Numbered from the stretch's first letter, positions 12,060-21,029 are shown. The stretch is 64,000 nt of DNA from a virus (IMGVR_UViG_3300046780_000888:1-64000); one strand, 5' to 3'. Translations and numbers: made by a program. The notes: generated by a model not told the origin, from the letters alone.

Positions 12060-12220
12060 GGTCGAGGGTCCTTTCTGTGCTGCAAACGAATGTCACCCAC
12101 GTAGAACTTCTTCCGACACCGGTAACAGTGAATGAGCGGTTCTCCGCCGGAATCGGGAGACCAGCCTCCGGGCACGTGACCCCGAAAGAAGCACAGAATC
12201 GAAGCGACAAACTGCCTCAC
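12056..12220 (-). CDS. MRQ-cassette small Zn-finger protein (DUF1660-like; not in the ORF track)
   Basis: Manual translation gives MRQFVASILCFFRGHVPGGWSPDSGGEPLIHCYRCRKKFYVGDIRLQHRKDPRP, exactly bounded by two junction motifs. Confidence 0.65.
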   Translation of the reverse strand: MRQFVASILCFFRGHVPGGWSPDSGGEPLIHCYRCRKKFYVGDIRLQHRKDPRP

Positions 12221-12561
12221 GGTTTCACCCTGAGGCTACGGTCGATTCTATCCACCACTAGCCTAGCGCGCCGAATCTCCCCGTCCGTGATGTAGTGACC
12301 AGAAATGGCGCGGTCGTCATCTTCAGAGGCGCAGGGAAGTTCCGCGAACGAGGCGAGTACCCGTCTCGCATCACCGAGCAACTCCTCTATCTTCTCGTAC
12401 GTCGGTCCGGCCTCGAATGTCTCATAGCTGTCGTAGAAGCACTGACCGATGAACCCACCACCGTTATGCTCGGCCTCAACCTGCCCGCAGTTGCGACACG
12501 TCTGCTGGTCGGAACCGATCGGAACCACCTTCGGCGGGACGTGGTTTTCAGACTGCCTCAC
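12217..12561 (-). CDS. MRQS-cassette hypothetical protein
   Basis: MRQSENHVPPKVVPIGSDQQTCRNCGQVEAEH... Confidence 0.65.
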   Translation of the reverse strand: MRQSENHVPPKVVPIGSDQQTCRNCGQVEAEHNGGGFIGQCFYDSYETFEAGPTYEKIEELLGDARRVLASFAELPCASEDDDRAISGHYITDGEIRRARLVVDRIDRSLRVKP

Positions 12562-12779
12562 GGTCGCGCCTCGCTTCCAGAATCGTTTCTGTCTACCGGA
12601 GGACTCGGCAAGTGCGTCCACCAGTCGATGTGCCACGGGTAGCTGCCGCCCACCCATCTGCTGGTTTCGTGGTGAAACAGGGCGACCCGGTACTCGCCGT
12701 CGATGTCCGAATACGCGAGGACCCGCGCATCCGTAGGTGGAGGACTATTCGCCGGAAACCACTCGACAGACTGCCTCAC
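12558..12779 (-). CDS. MRQS-cassette protein, DUF551-like
   Basis: W.P...PP....VLA...WWTHLPSPP is a DUF551-type pattern. Confidence 0.65.
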   Translation of the reverse strand: MRQSVEWFPANSPPPTDARVLAYSDIDGEYRVALFHHETSRWVGGSYPWHIDWWTHLPSPPVDRNDSGSEARP

Positions 12780-13441
12780 GGCCGCGCCTCGATTCTGTCC
12801 ACCATCGACATGTCCGGCTTCCCGTGCCAGCGCGCCCATTCTCCCCAGATGAGCCGCCACGCCTCGATATCGATCCCCAGCTCTCGGAGCCGTCGCATCG
12901 CGTGGTCCGTCGCGAACATCGGCATCGGCCCGGCTCGGTTGAATGCCGCTCCGTCACGCTGTGAAGGGGGCGCGAAGCCACGCGCAGGGCCCCAGGGGGC
13001 GAGGATGACCTCCTCGAAACCCCACGCTTGCCACTCGCGCTCGCCGTCGTGCCCGATCTCGCTCTCGGACAAGCCGTAGTTGCGAAGCGCACGCTCCTTC
13101 GGAGTCGCGGCAACAAAATGCCCGACCTCATGGAGCAGCCATTCCATCGCACCCTCCGGAACCGAAACGGACAGCGTCTTCTTGGCGGGGATTGCTGGTT
13201 CTTCGCCAAGCTCGTCTTGCTCCTCTGGAAAGATGTGAATCGCCGGGCGCTCGCGCCGCTGACGCCGCTCACGTTTGAGGGTCTCTTCCGAGCTCTCGCC
13301 GCCTCCGCCACCACAGGCCCATATAGTGCCGTCCGCCAGTGGTAGCTTGGGCAAGTAGGCCATGCCGGTAGTAGCCGAGGCGAGCGCCAGCGCTTGGCTC
13401 CAGAGCTCAGGTCTCTCTGCGGTTAGAGCATTGCCGATCAT
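12776..13441 (-). CDS. HExxH motif protein (possible metallopeptidase)
   Basis: WLLHEVGHFVA with downstream E residues (EREWQAWGFEE). Confidence 0.55.
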   Translation of the reverse strand: MIGNALTAERPELWSQALALASATTGMAYLPKLPLADGTIWACGGGGGESSEETLKRERRQRRERPAIHIFPEEQDELGEEPAIPAKKTLSVSVPEGAMEWLLHEVGHFVAATPKERALRNYGLSESEIGHDGEREWQAWGFEEVILAPWGPARGFAPPSQRDGAAFNRAGPMPMFATDHAMRRLRELGIDIEAWRLIWGEWARWHGKPDMSMVDRIEARP

Positions 13442-13758
13442 CTGCCATCCACCTCATCCACCGCGGACTTGCCCTCCACGGCCATTCGGATCGCGATGGC
13501 GGCCGGCAGTAACCCGGCTTCCACGAATGGCAGGAACGAGCGGTGCCGCCGAATCGCAAACTCGGCCTGACCTTCGTCGTAGAACTCGCCGATGAAATCC
13601 TCGTCAACTTCGTCGGGATTGCTATCGTGTCGCTGCCGTTTTCGGGATTGTGCCGACAAGCGCGCTTCGGCCGCTGCGATGATGCGACGGTACTTGGCGC
13701 CCTCCGAGCTGGTTGCCTCCGTGCTGGTTGCCTTTGGTGTCGTCTTCTGTGATTTCAT
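13438..13758 (-). CDS. Hypothetical protein
   Basis: MKSQKTTPK...; ATGA overlap with the recombinase stop. Confidence 0.5.
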   Translation of the reverse strand: MKSQKTTPKATSTEATSSEGAKYRRIIAAAEARLSAQSRKRQRHDSNPDEVDEDFIGEFYDEGQAEFAIRRHRSFLPFVEAGLLPAAIAIRMAVEGKSAVDEVDGR

Positions 13759-14705
13759 AGCCCCATATCCTCCGTTGCGTTGCGTTTCGAGAGGTCGGCG
13801 ATCCGAATGTACCGCCGCACCATGTTCGCGTTCGCGTGCCCGGTGTGCCGCATGATCTCGCTCTCGGTGTGACCCTTGAGCGCGGCCTCGGTGACGAACC
13901 CGGCCCGGAGCGAGTGCGCGCCGTAGCCATTCGAGTCGATGCCCGCGAGCGTCATCAGTCGCTTCACGACCTTCTCGATGTACTGCGGCCAGAGGGCGAC
14001 CTTCTCGCCGTACTGCACCACGCGGTTCCACCGGGAGACGGGACGGAAGATCGGACCCGAATCGATCTTCGCGGTCGCGAGCCACTGCTTCAGGAGCAGG
14101 ACAGGATCCGTCTCCGGGTTCTTCCCGAAGAGGACCATCTTCTCGAAGCCGTTGCCCTCCTGGTCCTCTTTCCCGCGCACCACGAGCACCGTCATGCCCT
14201 TCTCGTGGAACGTCACGTGCTCCACGAGGCAGTCGGCGATCTCGTGCCGGCGCATCGCGCAGGCCCAACCGAACGAGACGATCGCACGGTCCCGAATATT
14301 CATCAGGGTGGTCGGCGGGCACGCCGCTAGCATCGCAATCACGTGCTTCGCGAGGAGCGGCTTCATGCCCTCGGCGCGGACCTTCTTCGTGCGGCGGACC
14401 CCGCGCCAGACCTGCTGGACGGCGGCCTCGAAGCGGGGGCTCTTGTGTCCGACCGCCTCGTGCGCCTCGCCGATGGCCGAGAGGAACTGAGAGATGGTGC
14501 TCACAGAGAGACCGTCCTCGGCCATCTTCGCGATGTAGAGCCGGACGGTCTCCGGCTTCGCGGGGACGGCCTGCTCCCCGACAGTCGCGCACCAGTCCTT
14601 GAACTGACGCATCTTGGTTTCGTAGGCGTCGCGCGTGCCCGGCGCGCGTGAATGTTGGGCGTACTTGAGCGCTGCGACCGCGAGGTCGCTGTGTTTCTCC
14701 TGCAT
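13755..14705 (-). CDS. Tyrosine recombinase/integrase (Cre-like, with N-terminal SAM-like domain)
   Basis: RDRAIVSFGWACAMRRHEI, GKEDQEG, AHSLRAGFVT, RHTGH, MVRRY carry the catalytic R-K-H-R-H-Y residues. Confidence 0.95.
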   Translation of the reverse strand: MQEKHSDLAVAALKYAQHSRAPGTRDAYETKMRQFKDWCATVGEQAVPAKPETVRLYIAKMAEDGLSVSTISQFLSAIGEAHEAVGHKSPRFEAAVQQVWRGVRRTKKVRAEGMKPLLAKHVIAMLAACPPTTLMNIRDRAIVSFGWACAMRRHEIADCLVEHVTFHEKGMTVLVVRGKEDQEGNGFEKMVLFGKNPETDPVLLLKQWLATAKIDSGPIFRPVSRWNRVVQYGEKVALWPQYIEKVVKRLMTLAGIDSNGYGAHSLRAGFVTEAALKGHTESEIMRHTGHANANMVRRYIRIADLSKRNATEDMGL

Positions 14706-14754
14706 GGTCCGTCAGACGGAGACAGCTCGCGGATATTCACGCCTCGCTCCTGCC

Positions 14755-15189
14755 TCATCCGGATCTCCTGACCGCGCGCTCGCTGGTTCTTGAGCGACGC
14801 CGCCGGTCTTTTCGTTCGAGATATGCAAGCGAGTCGCGCGCATCGACGCGGTCCAACAAGTCGAGCAGTTCGCTGGCCTTCACGGCGAGCTCTGCGGAAT
14901 CGAATTCCATCAACTCATGCACGGTCTCGCCCTTCTCAGCGATGAGCGTTTCGATTCCATTGCGGAGTTCCTCGGCCTCTCTCCCGTTGAGAGAGCTCGC
15001 GTGCCGCGGAGGCTTGCACGCCGAACACTTGCAGAGGCACGACGGCCGCTGCTCGTTGTAGTTGTCGCACCCTGGGCCTCGACAGTGCTTGCCCCAGAGG
15101 AGCGGCTTCGTCGCATACGGGTCGGACTCAGGTTTCGCGACCTTTGCCGGACGCGATCGTTTCGTAGCCTTGTGGCGTGTCTGCCTCAC
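14755..15189 (-). CDS. MRQ-cassette hypothetical protein with Cys cluster
   Basis: MRQTRHKATKRSRPAKVAKPESD...HCRGPGC...CLCKCSAC. Confidence 0.6.
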   Translation of the reverse strand: MRQTRHKATKRSRPAKVAKPESDPYATKPLLWGKHCRGPGCDNYNEQRPSCLCKCSACKPPRHASSLNGREAEELRNGIETLIAEKGETVHELMEFDSAELAVKASELLDLLDRVDARDSLAYLERKDRRRRSRTSERAVRRSG

Positions 15190-15404
15190 TTCGGCACCGC
15201 GCTTCCGTGAGCCAATCGGAGGCGCCGAAGTACCTCGTCCTTCATTGCCACGAGGTTCTGACGGAACGTCTCGCTCATTGGGTCGAAGCAGATTCCGCTC
15301 GCGCCCGGAGCCCACCGCGCCGTCGCGTCGATAAGGCGCCTTACAACCTCGTCATCCGTCAGGTGGTCGTACTTACCTCGCGGCTTCTTATTTGAATCAG
15401 CCAT
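15186..15404 (-). CDS. Hypothetical protein
   Basis: 72 aa, coupled to neighbours. Confidence 0.55.
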   Translation of the reverse strand: MADSNKKPRGKYDHLTDDEVVRRLIDATARWAPGASGICFDPMSETFRQNLVAMKDEVLRRLRLAHGSAVPK

Positions 15405-15597
15405 CGGATTTCTCCACCCGCTCGACGCGCCACTCGCTCCGTTCGGCGCTTACCAGCCACTCGGCGAACAGGTCGCCGATGCGCATGTCGAAATTCGACG
15501 CCGCGACCCTGCCGTCCACGACTAGCACGAGTTGCGGGTTGTGCTTGCTGCTGCTCGCAGTCGTGACGCGGTACCAGCCGTCTCGCTCGTGCCTCAT
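15397..15597 (-). CDS. Hypothetical protein
   Basis: MRHERDGWYRV...; starts in an ATGAGGCA junction. Confidence 0.5.
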   Translation of the reverse strand: MRHERDGWYRVTTASSSKHNPQLVLVVDGRVAASNFDMRIGDLFAEWLVSAERSEWRVERVEKSDG

Positions 15598-15809
15598 TTT
15601 GCATGGTCCTTTCTTGAAGCCCTGCGGTCGCGAAGAATCATTGTGAGGACCACAGGCAGCATGAACGGCCACCACGTGCCGAGAGCCATAGCGGGCCCCC
15701 ATGCGTCCGGAATTCCTCGCCGTCGCCACGACGTTTGGACAAGCACTCCGGTCACGAGCGACATCACAAAGTATAGTCCCAGAAATATATACAGCTCACG
15801 CTCCGTCAT
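15594..15809 (-). CDS. Small two-TM membrane protein
   Basis: LYIFLGLYFVMSLVTGVLV...ALGTWWPFMLPVVLTMIL. Confidence 0.65.
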   Translation of the reverse strand: MTERELYIFLGLYFVMSLVTGVLVQTSWRRRGIPDAWGPAMALGTWWPFMLPVVLTMILRDRRASRKDHAK

Positions 15810-16072
15810 AGCGCCCCCTGGAGCATCTCGATTGCCTTAGCGGCCAATCCAGCCACCGGCTCCGAGTGCTGGTGCGACAAACGCAGGGCCTTGATCGCCA
15901 GCGCCGCCCCTTCTCTCAACTTCGCTGCCTCCCGACACTCGGCGATCAGGACGCGCCCCGCATCAACCAACGCGTCGCAATACGCGAACCGCGTTTCCGG
16001 CCGGTGCCCGTCGCGTTCTGCCTGGGCGATCAAGCGATCGAGCTCGTCGAGGATAGGGATGATGTCGGGCAT
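15806..16072 (-). CDS. Hypothetical protein
   Basis: MPDIIPILDELDRL...; GGGGAG RBS. Confidence 0.55.
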   Translation of the reverse strand: MPDIIPILDELDRLIAQAERDGHRPETRFAYCDALVDAGRVLIAECREAAKLREGAALAIKALRLSHQHSEPVAGLAAKAIEMLQGAL

Positions 16073-16074
16073 CG

Positions 16075-16362
16075 CTACTCCCCGCACCTGTCGCAGACCA
16101 TGATGGCCCCGCCCGGCGCTTGCGTCCGCCTCAGTTTCCCGCCGCACTCGCAGTCGAGTCCAGGATTTGGATGTACCCGCCAATTCGCGGCGCGAACGTC
16201 GATCACGTCGGCTGCCCTGCCGATGAAGTCGCGGCCCCGTCGTCCCCTGATGCTGGCGATCGTGCGCTCGCTCGTGCGATTCAGCGCCACCGCGGCGCGG
16301 ATCAGGAGCGCATCCAGGTATCGGCTCGCCGTCACGGGAGCTCCTTTTCTTGGGTCGGTCAT
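16075..16362 (-). CDS. Hypothetical Zn-ribbon protein, first gene of the leftward array
   Basis: CECGG...VCDRCGE; start codon uncertain. Confidence 0.5.
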   Translation of the reverse strand: MTDPRKGAPVTASRYLDALLIRAAVALNRTSERTIASIRGRRGRDFIGRAADVIDVRAANWRVHPNPGLDCECGGKLRRTQAPGGAIMVCDRCGE

Positions 16363-16444
16363 CTGAAAGAAGTGAGCGTGCCGGCGGGGCTCCCCGATCG
16401 CCGGAGGGATCGGCATCAGGGTCGCCGGCACGCTCTGAGTCCTG

Positions 16445-16510
16445 TGGCTATCATGGCTAGCCAATTGTGTCAACCGGGCTTGACCAGGGGCTGGTAGGCG
16501 CCCAGATTGG
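16445..16510. promoter_or_regulatory. Divergent promoter region with a 21-bp operator-like element
   Basis: TGGCTATCATGGCTAGCCAAT (16445-16465); TTGACA on the minus strand at about 16468-16473; TTGACC on the plus strand at 16480. This is the strand-switch point. Confidence 0.6.
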
Positions 16511-16552
16511 GCTTGTTGGCGCACTACAATCACCTGCGAGGGCGAGGCTAAG

Positions 16553-17275
16553 TTGCCGCGGCGCATGGCGGGCACGCTGTCGCCGGTGCAGATGTCGCAC
16601 GCGGCGCGCGTTGGGCACGACCGCTACGTCGCTCGCGGGCAGACGATGCGGCCGGAGATCCTCGACGTGCAGACCGCGCAAGCGGAGCAAGCCGTCGCGT
16701 TCGCGCTCAATCGGGAATGGGTCGGCGACTTCGTTCGGGTGAGCGAATGGAAGATCTGGCGAACGATGACGAAGGATGTGCGCGGCATGCAGGTGCGCAT
16801 GACGGCGCTGCCCCTCGGCGGACTCGCGCTCGACGAGAGCGATGCGGACGATCACGCCTTCGTGCTCGTCATCAATCGTGACAGTCCGCACTTCGTTGTC
16901 GCGGGTTGGATCCTTGGTCGAGACGCGAAGCAAGAAAAGTTTCGCGACACGGAAGAGACGCTCGGTCCGCCACGCTTCCTTGTTCCGCAAACAGAACTCC
17001 TTCCGTGTTGGGAGCTCAAGCGAGAGCCCGAGCACCGGAAGCGCGGTGAGCGGACGAAGGATCCGGCGAAGGACTTCGGCGGGACCGGTCGCTTCCCGCA
17101 GCGGCGCTACGCCGACACCGGCGAGCACCCAAGCAAGTACGGAAACATCATCCGCTCGAAGTTCGATCTGCCGTGTTGCCGTTGCCAGACGATCATCCCC
17201 GCTGGGATGCTTTGTGGAGGCAGCCTGGTGACGGGCAACATCCACGGAGATCCGGCGGACTGCAAAAAATCTTAG
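16553..17275 (+). CDS. Hypothetical phage protein (possible nuclease-like fold)
   Basis: AEQAVAFAL...DVRGMQVR...FVLV...VAGWI.G.DAK; C-terminal CxxC motif. Confidence 0.55.
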   Translation: MPRRMAGTLSPVQMSHAARVGHDRYVARGQTMRPEILDVQTAQAEQAVAFALNREWVGDFVRVSEWKIWRTMTKDVRGMQVRMTALPLGGLALDESDADDHAFVLVINRDSPHFVVAGWILGRDAKQEKFRDTEETLGPPRFLVPQTELLPCWELKREPEHRKRGERTKDPAKDFGGTGRFPQRRYADTGEHPSKYGNIIRSKFDLPCCRCQTIIPAGMLCGGSLVTGNIHGDPADCKKS

Positions 17276-17316
17276 CGACCTTCCCAGGCTTCCCGCGGTT
17301 TGCCGGAAGAACCACG

Positions 17317-17346
17317 TTGACATCCCGGATTGGGTTTTGATAGACC
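17317..17346 (+). promoter_or_regulatory. Putative sigma70-type promoter for the replication operon
   Basis: TTGACA at 17317 with a weak -10 (TAGACC) just before ATG 17357. Confidence 0.45.
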
Positions 17347-17356
17347 CATCGATCCG

Positions 17357-17536
17357 ATGTCCGAACCAATCAAAACCTCTCGACGCATGGACCTCATGCT
17401 CGATGCCGAAGACGGCAAGCTCTTGTCGCGCGTGTCGCGGCACGAAAAACTCTCGAAAGCCGACATTCTACGGCGCGCTCTTCGGGAGTACGCCAAGAAG
17501 TCGCTCCCTGTAGAAGCTCAATCAAAAGTCGCTTAG
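17357..17536 (+). CDS. CopG/ribbon-helix-helix regulator
   Basis: RRMDLMLDAEDGKLLSRVSRHEKLSKADILRRALREY. Confidence 0.8.
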   Translation: MSEPIKTSRRMDLMLDAEDGKLLSRVSRHEKLSKADILRRALREYAKKSLPVEAQSKVA

Positions 17537-17560
17537 TCGTAACCGCACGGGGAGTTCCGT

Positions 17561-18673
17561 ATGCGTTACGACATCGACTCGTTGATGCACGAGGACGAGA
17601 AATTCGTCCTGCTCTCAGACGCGGCGCAAGCGTTGTGGACGCTTCTATTGACCGGACCACAGCGGCGGCGGCTCCCTGGTTTGCAGTACACCACGCTCGC
17701 CCAGCTTGCTGGGATCCGACGACGCTCACCAGAGCTCGTGAAAGAAGCGCTGCACGAACTCGTCGAGGCGGGGATGCTCAAACACGACGAGAAAGCGCGC
17801 GTCATCCTCCTTCCGAATCAGCCCTTCTACAACCAAACGCCCAACGGCAACATCATCCGCGGTTGGTTCACTGATTGGCGCGGGATCCCTGAGTCACCAC
17901 TGAAACAGGAGTTCGTTCAGCTACTCCTCCAGGCCATCGATTTTAAGTCCCCCAAGGGGTCCAGCGACCGCATCCAGGCATGGGCCGAGACCTTCGGTGC
18001 CATCGGAACCCGACCCAAGAAGGGGGTCACACCGAGCCAGAGCCCCGGGGGCGAACCCCCACAATCCGGCCCGGTTGCTGAGGAAGGGTTCCCCCCGTCA
18101 CGGGTAACTGTTCCCCCCCTAAAAACACCCCCAAAAACACCCCCTTTAACCCTTACCCAAAAAACAGGGAACGGTTCCAGCCGTCCGCCGCCTAATAATA
18201 GCAGCCAAGTGCCTGCAACTAGCGACGAAATCTCGTCACTGCTTCCTTCTCTTGGATTGGGGGCTGAGCAACAACGACTGAAAGGGTTGGGGAACCCTTT
18301 GGATCTGGATCTGGATCTGGATCGTAGTAGTATGGACTCTGGATCTGATCTGAAATCTGGATCTGATCCGAGAGGGGGTGCAGGGGGAGAGGGCGCGGGC
18401 CGGATTCCGTGCCCAGTGAAACTTTGGGACCTGATGCCGGAGCCGACGAAGGCCTCGCTCGACACGAGCCTGATCCCTCGCGCCGCGCAGGAGTTTTTAT
18501 GCAAGGGCTTCACGGCTCGGTTCGCCGGGCGCTTGGAACACGAACGCTCGTTCAACGAGTGGGTCTCGAGTGCCGTACGCGCGATTCAGTACGACTATCA
18601 CGATCCGAAGAAGCGACCACCCGTATTGCCAGAGAAACCGAAGCCGCTGAAGTTTAGAAAGTGGGACGATTGA
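17561..18673 (+). CDS. Putative replication initiator (replisome organiser, N-terminal wHTH)
   Basis: DEKFVLLSDAAQALW.LLL....PGL...LAQL...VKEALHELVEAGML; low-complexity linker; lies directly upstream of the DnaC-like and DnaB genes. Confidence 0.7.
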   Translation: MRYDIDSLMHEDEKFVLLSDAAQALWTLLLTGPQRRRLPGLQYTTLAQLAGIRRRSPELVKEALHELVEAGMLKHDEKARVILLPNQPFYNQTPNGNIIRGWFTDWRGIPESPLKQEFVQLLLQAIDFKSPKGSSDRIQAWAETFGAIGTRPKKGVTPSQSPGGEPPQSGPVAEEGFPPSRVTVPPLKTPPKTPPLTLTQKTGNGSSRPPPNNSSQVPATSDEISSLLPSLGLGAEQQRLKGLGNPLDLDLDLDRSSMDSGSDLKSGSDPRGGAGGEGAGRIPCPVKLWDLMPEPTKASLDTSLIPRAAQEFLCKGFTARFAGRLEHERSFNEWVSSAVRAIQYDYHDPKKRPPVLPEKPKPLKFRKWDD

Positions 18674-19611
18674 AAACTCTAGGCGACGTCGCACGGAACC
18701 TCGAAGAAGATCTTCGGCACTTCACCGAGAAGCGTGAAGCGGACGTCACAGAACGCGCTCGAGGTAGAACGATCAGAAAATTCCTGATCGAAGAACACGG
18801 TGAAGCGCTCACGAAGTTGCTTCCCAAAAACTTCACGTTCGACGACTACATCACGAAGACGAACGAAGGAACGATCGCCACAGCGAAGCAGCGACTCGCG
18901 CTCTGTGCGACATGTCCGCCGCACGGTGGGGGGTGTGCATCCGAGTACGAACAGCTTCGCGGTCGCGCGCCATGCTGGACGAAAGAACGCGGACTGCACA
19001 TGGACTGGTGCGAGCGGTGGCGCGGATATCTCGTGCGCGAGAAACTAAAAATTATCGGTGTCGGCGACGTCATGCTCGGCTCGCGCTTCGAGACGTACGT
19101 GCCGGTGACACCGAAGCAGCAGAACGCACTCGAACGATGCAAGAAGTACGCAGCGGAGTTTCGGCGGCAGACGACGCGGAGTAATTTGCTACTCACAGGC
19201 CCAAGCTACGGCGTCGGGAAAACACACCTGGCCATTTCGGTGGTCGCAGCCCTGCTCTCGGCGCATCGTCTCCGCACGGCGTACTTCGCGTACGTCCCCG
19301 AGTTCTTCGAGCGCGTCCGGCGTTCGTACGACGATCCGAGTGAGAGGAACTGGCTCGACCGAGCGTGCACGACGGATCTTCTGGTGCTCGATGATCTCGC
19401 GGCGCAGCGAACAACCGACTGGGTGCGCGAGCAGATGAACCTGATCTCGAACGCTCGCTGGAGCAACGGGCGCCCGACGATCGTCACGACGAACGCGGAC
19501 GAAACCGGCGAGGAGCTCACGCTCACGCTCGGGCAGCGTGCGACGAGTCGGTTCTTTGGAAACGCATACGCCGTCGATGTCGATGGCGAAGACAAGCGAC
19601 AGGTTACGTGA
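18661..19611 (+). CDS. DnaC/IstB-like helicase loader ATPase
   Basis: Walker A GPSYGVGKTHL, Walker B DLLVLDDL, PTIVTTN, N-terminal Cys motif. Confidence 0.9.
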   Translation: MGRLKTLGDVARNLEEDLRHFTEKREADVTERARGRTIRKFLIEEHGEALTKLLPKNFTFDDYITKTNEGTIATAKQRLALCATCPPHGGGCASEYEQLRGRAPCWTKERGLHMDWCERWRGYLVREKLKIIGVGDVMLGSRFETYVPVTPKQQNALERCKKYAAEFRRQTTRSNLLLTGPSYGVGKTHLAISVVAALLSAHRLRTAYFAYVPEFFERVRRSYDDPSERNWLDRACTTDLLVLDDLAAQRTTDWVREQMNLISNARWSNGRPTIVTTNADETGEELTLTLGQRATSRFFGNAYAVDVDGEDKRQVT

Positions 19612-21029
19612 TGGCCGAAGTCGTTCGGATCCACGAACAGCCGCCCCCGTGCGACCTCGACGCCGAGGGCGCGATGCTGTCGGCGATCCTGAACGACCAG
19701 ACGAAGTACGACGACGTAATCTCCGTCGCTCACCCGGAGATGTGTTACTCGGATGCGAACCGACGCGTCTTCGACGCCATCGCGGAACTCCGGGAAGCAG
19801 GGAAACCGCTCGACGTCGTGACCGTTGCGCACACGCTTAACGCAGCCGGGCGTCTCGCGCAGATCGGCGGCACGCAGTACCTCGCGCAGCTCATCGACGC
19901 AGTTCCGCACGTCGCGAACGTCGTGGAGTACGCGACGATTGTGCGGGAGCAGTGGCGGCTCCGGCAGGCGATGGCGCGAGCACAGGTCGTCATCGCGACG
20001 ATCCGAGCGGGCAAGATAGCGAGCGATGACGTGCAAGCGGTGCTCGAGGAAGCGGAGACCGCGTTCGGGCTCATTGCGCACCAGCAGCAATCGAAATTCC
20101 TGGTGCCGATCAAAGAGTCACTCGACGAGGCGTGCCAGGCCCTCCGGTTGATGATCGAGCGCGGTGAAACGATCACCGGCACTCCGATTCTCTTCAAGCC
20201 GCTCGACGAAGCGATGAGCGGACTTCACGAGGGCGATCTGTACATCGTCGCGGGACGCCCCGGGATGGGCAAGACGGCGTTCGCGATGGGCATTGGAGAG
20301 AACGTTGCGAAGCAAGACGAGGGCGTTGCGGTGTTCTCGCTCGAGATGCCGGACTCACAGCTGGTGACGCGCATGCTGGCGTCGCACACGAGGATCGACG
20401 TCACGACGTTTCGCAAACCTCGCGAGCTCGCTGATAAGTGGGCCGAGATCGTGGTCGCGCTCGGCGAGATGGAAAAACTTCCGATATGGATCGATGACAC
20501 GGGCGGGATCTCTATTTCGGAAATTCGTGCCCGCGTACGAAAGTTGAAATCCGACATCGCGCACAATCGAGTGGGCGACGTGAAGTGCAAGCGCCTCCGG
20601 CTCGTCATCGTCGACTACATGCAGCTCGTCTCGGGGACGCGGGGCAACAATCAGAATCGAGAGCAGGAGATCGCGTTCATCTCGCGTTCGTTGAAGTTGC
20701 TCGCGAAGCAAGAGAGCGTCGCCGTGATCGCGCTCTCGCAACTGAATCGAAACACCGAGAGTCGGAAGGGCACGGACAAGCGCCCGCAGCTGGCGGACTT
20801 GCGCGAGTCGGGCGCGATCGAGCAAGACGCGGACGCGGTTTTGTTCGTGTATCGCCCGTCGTTGTACTCGGACGAACCGGAGTTCGAGGGCATCGCCGAG
20901 ATCATCATCGGCAAGCAGCGGCAGGGTCCGACGGGGATCCATCGGCTCGCCTTCGAGGACAAATGCGTGCGATTTAGCCTGCTAGAACGCAACGAGTTTG
21001 ACGAGTACGACGGATTCGAGGATAAATAA
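19608..21029 (+). CDS. dnaB: Replicative DNA helicase DnaB
   Basis: PPCDLDAEGAML, AGRPGMGKTAF, FSLEM, IVDYMQL, ALSQLNR, DLRESGAIEQDAD, KQRQGPTG. Confidence 0.97.
   Translation: MMAEVVRIHEQPPPCDLDAEGAMLSAILNDQTKYDDVISVAHPEMCYSDANRRVFDAIAELREAGKPLDVVTVAHTLNAAGRLAQIGGTQYLAQLIDAVPHVANVVEYATIVREQWRLRQAMARAQVVIATIRAGKIASDDVQAVLEEAETAFGLIAHQQQSKFLVPIKESLDEACQALRLMIERGETITGTPILFKPLDEAMSGLHEGDLYIVAGRPGMGKTAFAMGIGENVAKQDEGVAVFSLEMPDSQLVTRMLASHTRIDVTTFRKPRELADKWAEIVVALGEMEKLPIWIDDTGGISISEIRARVRKLKSDIAHNRVGDVKCKRLRLVIVDYMQLVSGTRGNNQNREQEIAFISRSLKLLAKQESVAVIALSQLNRNTESRKGTDKRPQLADLRESGAIEQDADAVLFVYRPSLYSDEPEFEGIAEIIIGKQRQGPTGIHRLAFEDKCVRFSLLERNEFDEYDGFEDK

Larger units (their letters stand above)
11464..12781 (-). 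repeat. Six dispersed copies of the junction motif CGTGAGGCAGT (plus strand ACTGCCTCACG) at gene boundaries
   Basis: Copies at about 11464-11477, 11736-11750, 12049-12061, 12211-12222, 12549-12563 and 12767-12781. Degenerate copies at 14750-14758, 15181-15189 and 15590-15597. Confidence 0.95.

Noticed and set aside
11464-12781. Repeat array as a CRISPR or classical integron
   Set aside because: The repeats are only 11-15 bp with 160-340 bp coding spacers, no cas genes, no attC-like inverted repeats, and the recombinase looks Cre-like rather than IntI-like.
13438-14592. 384-aa minus-strand ORF overlapping the recombinase
   Set aside because: It is an alternative frame; only its last 106 codons (13438..13758) look like a real gene.
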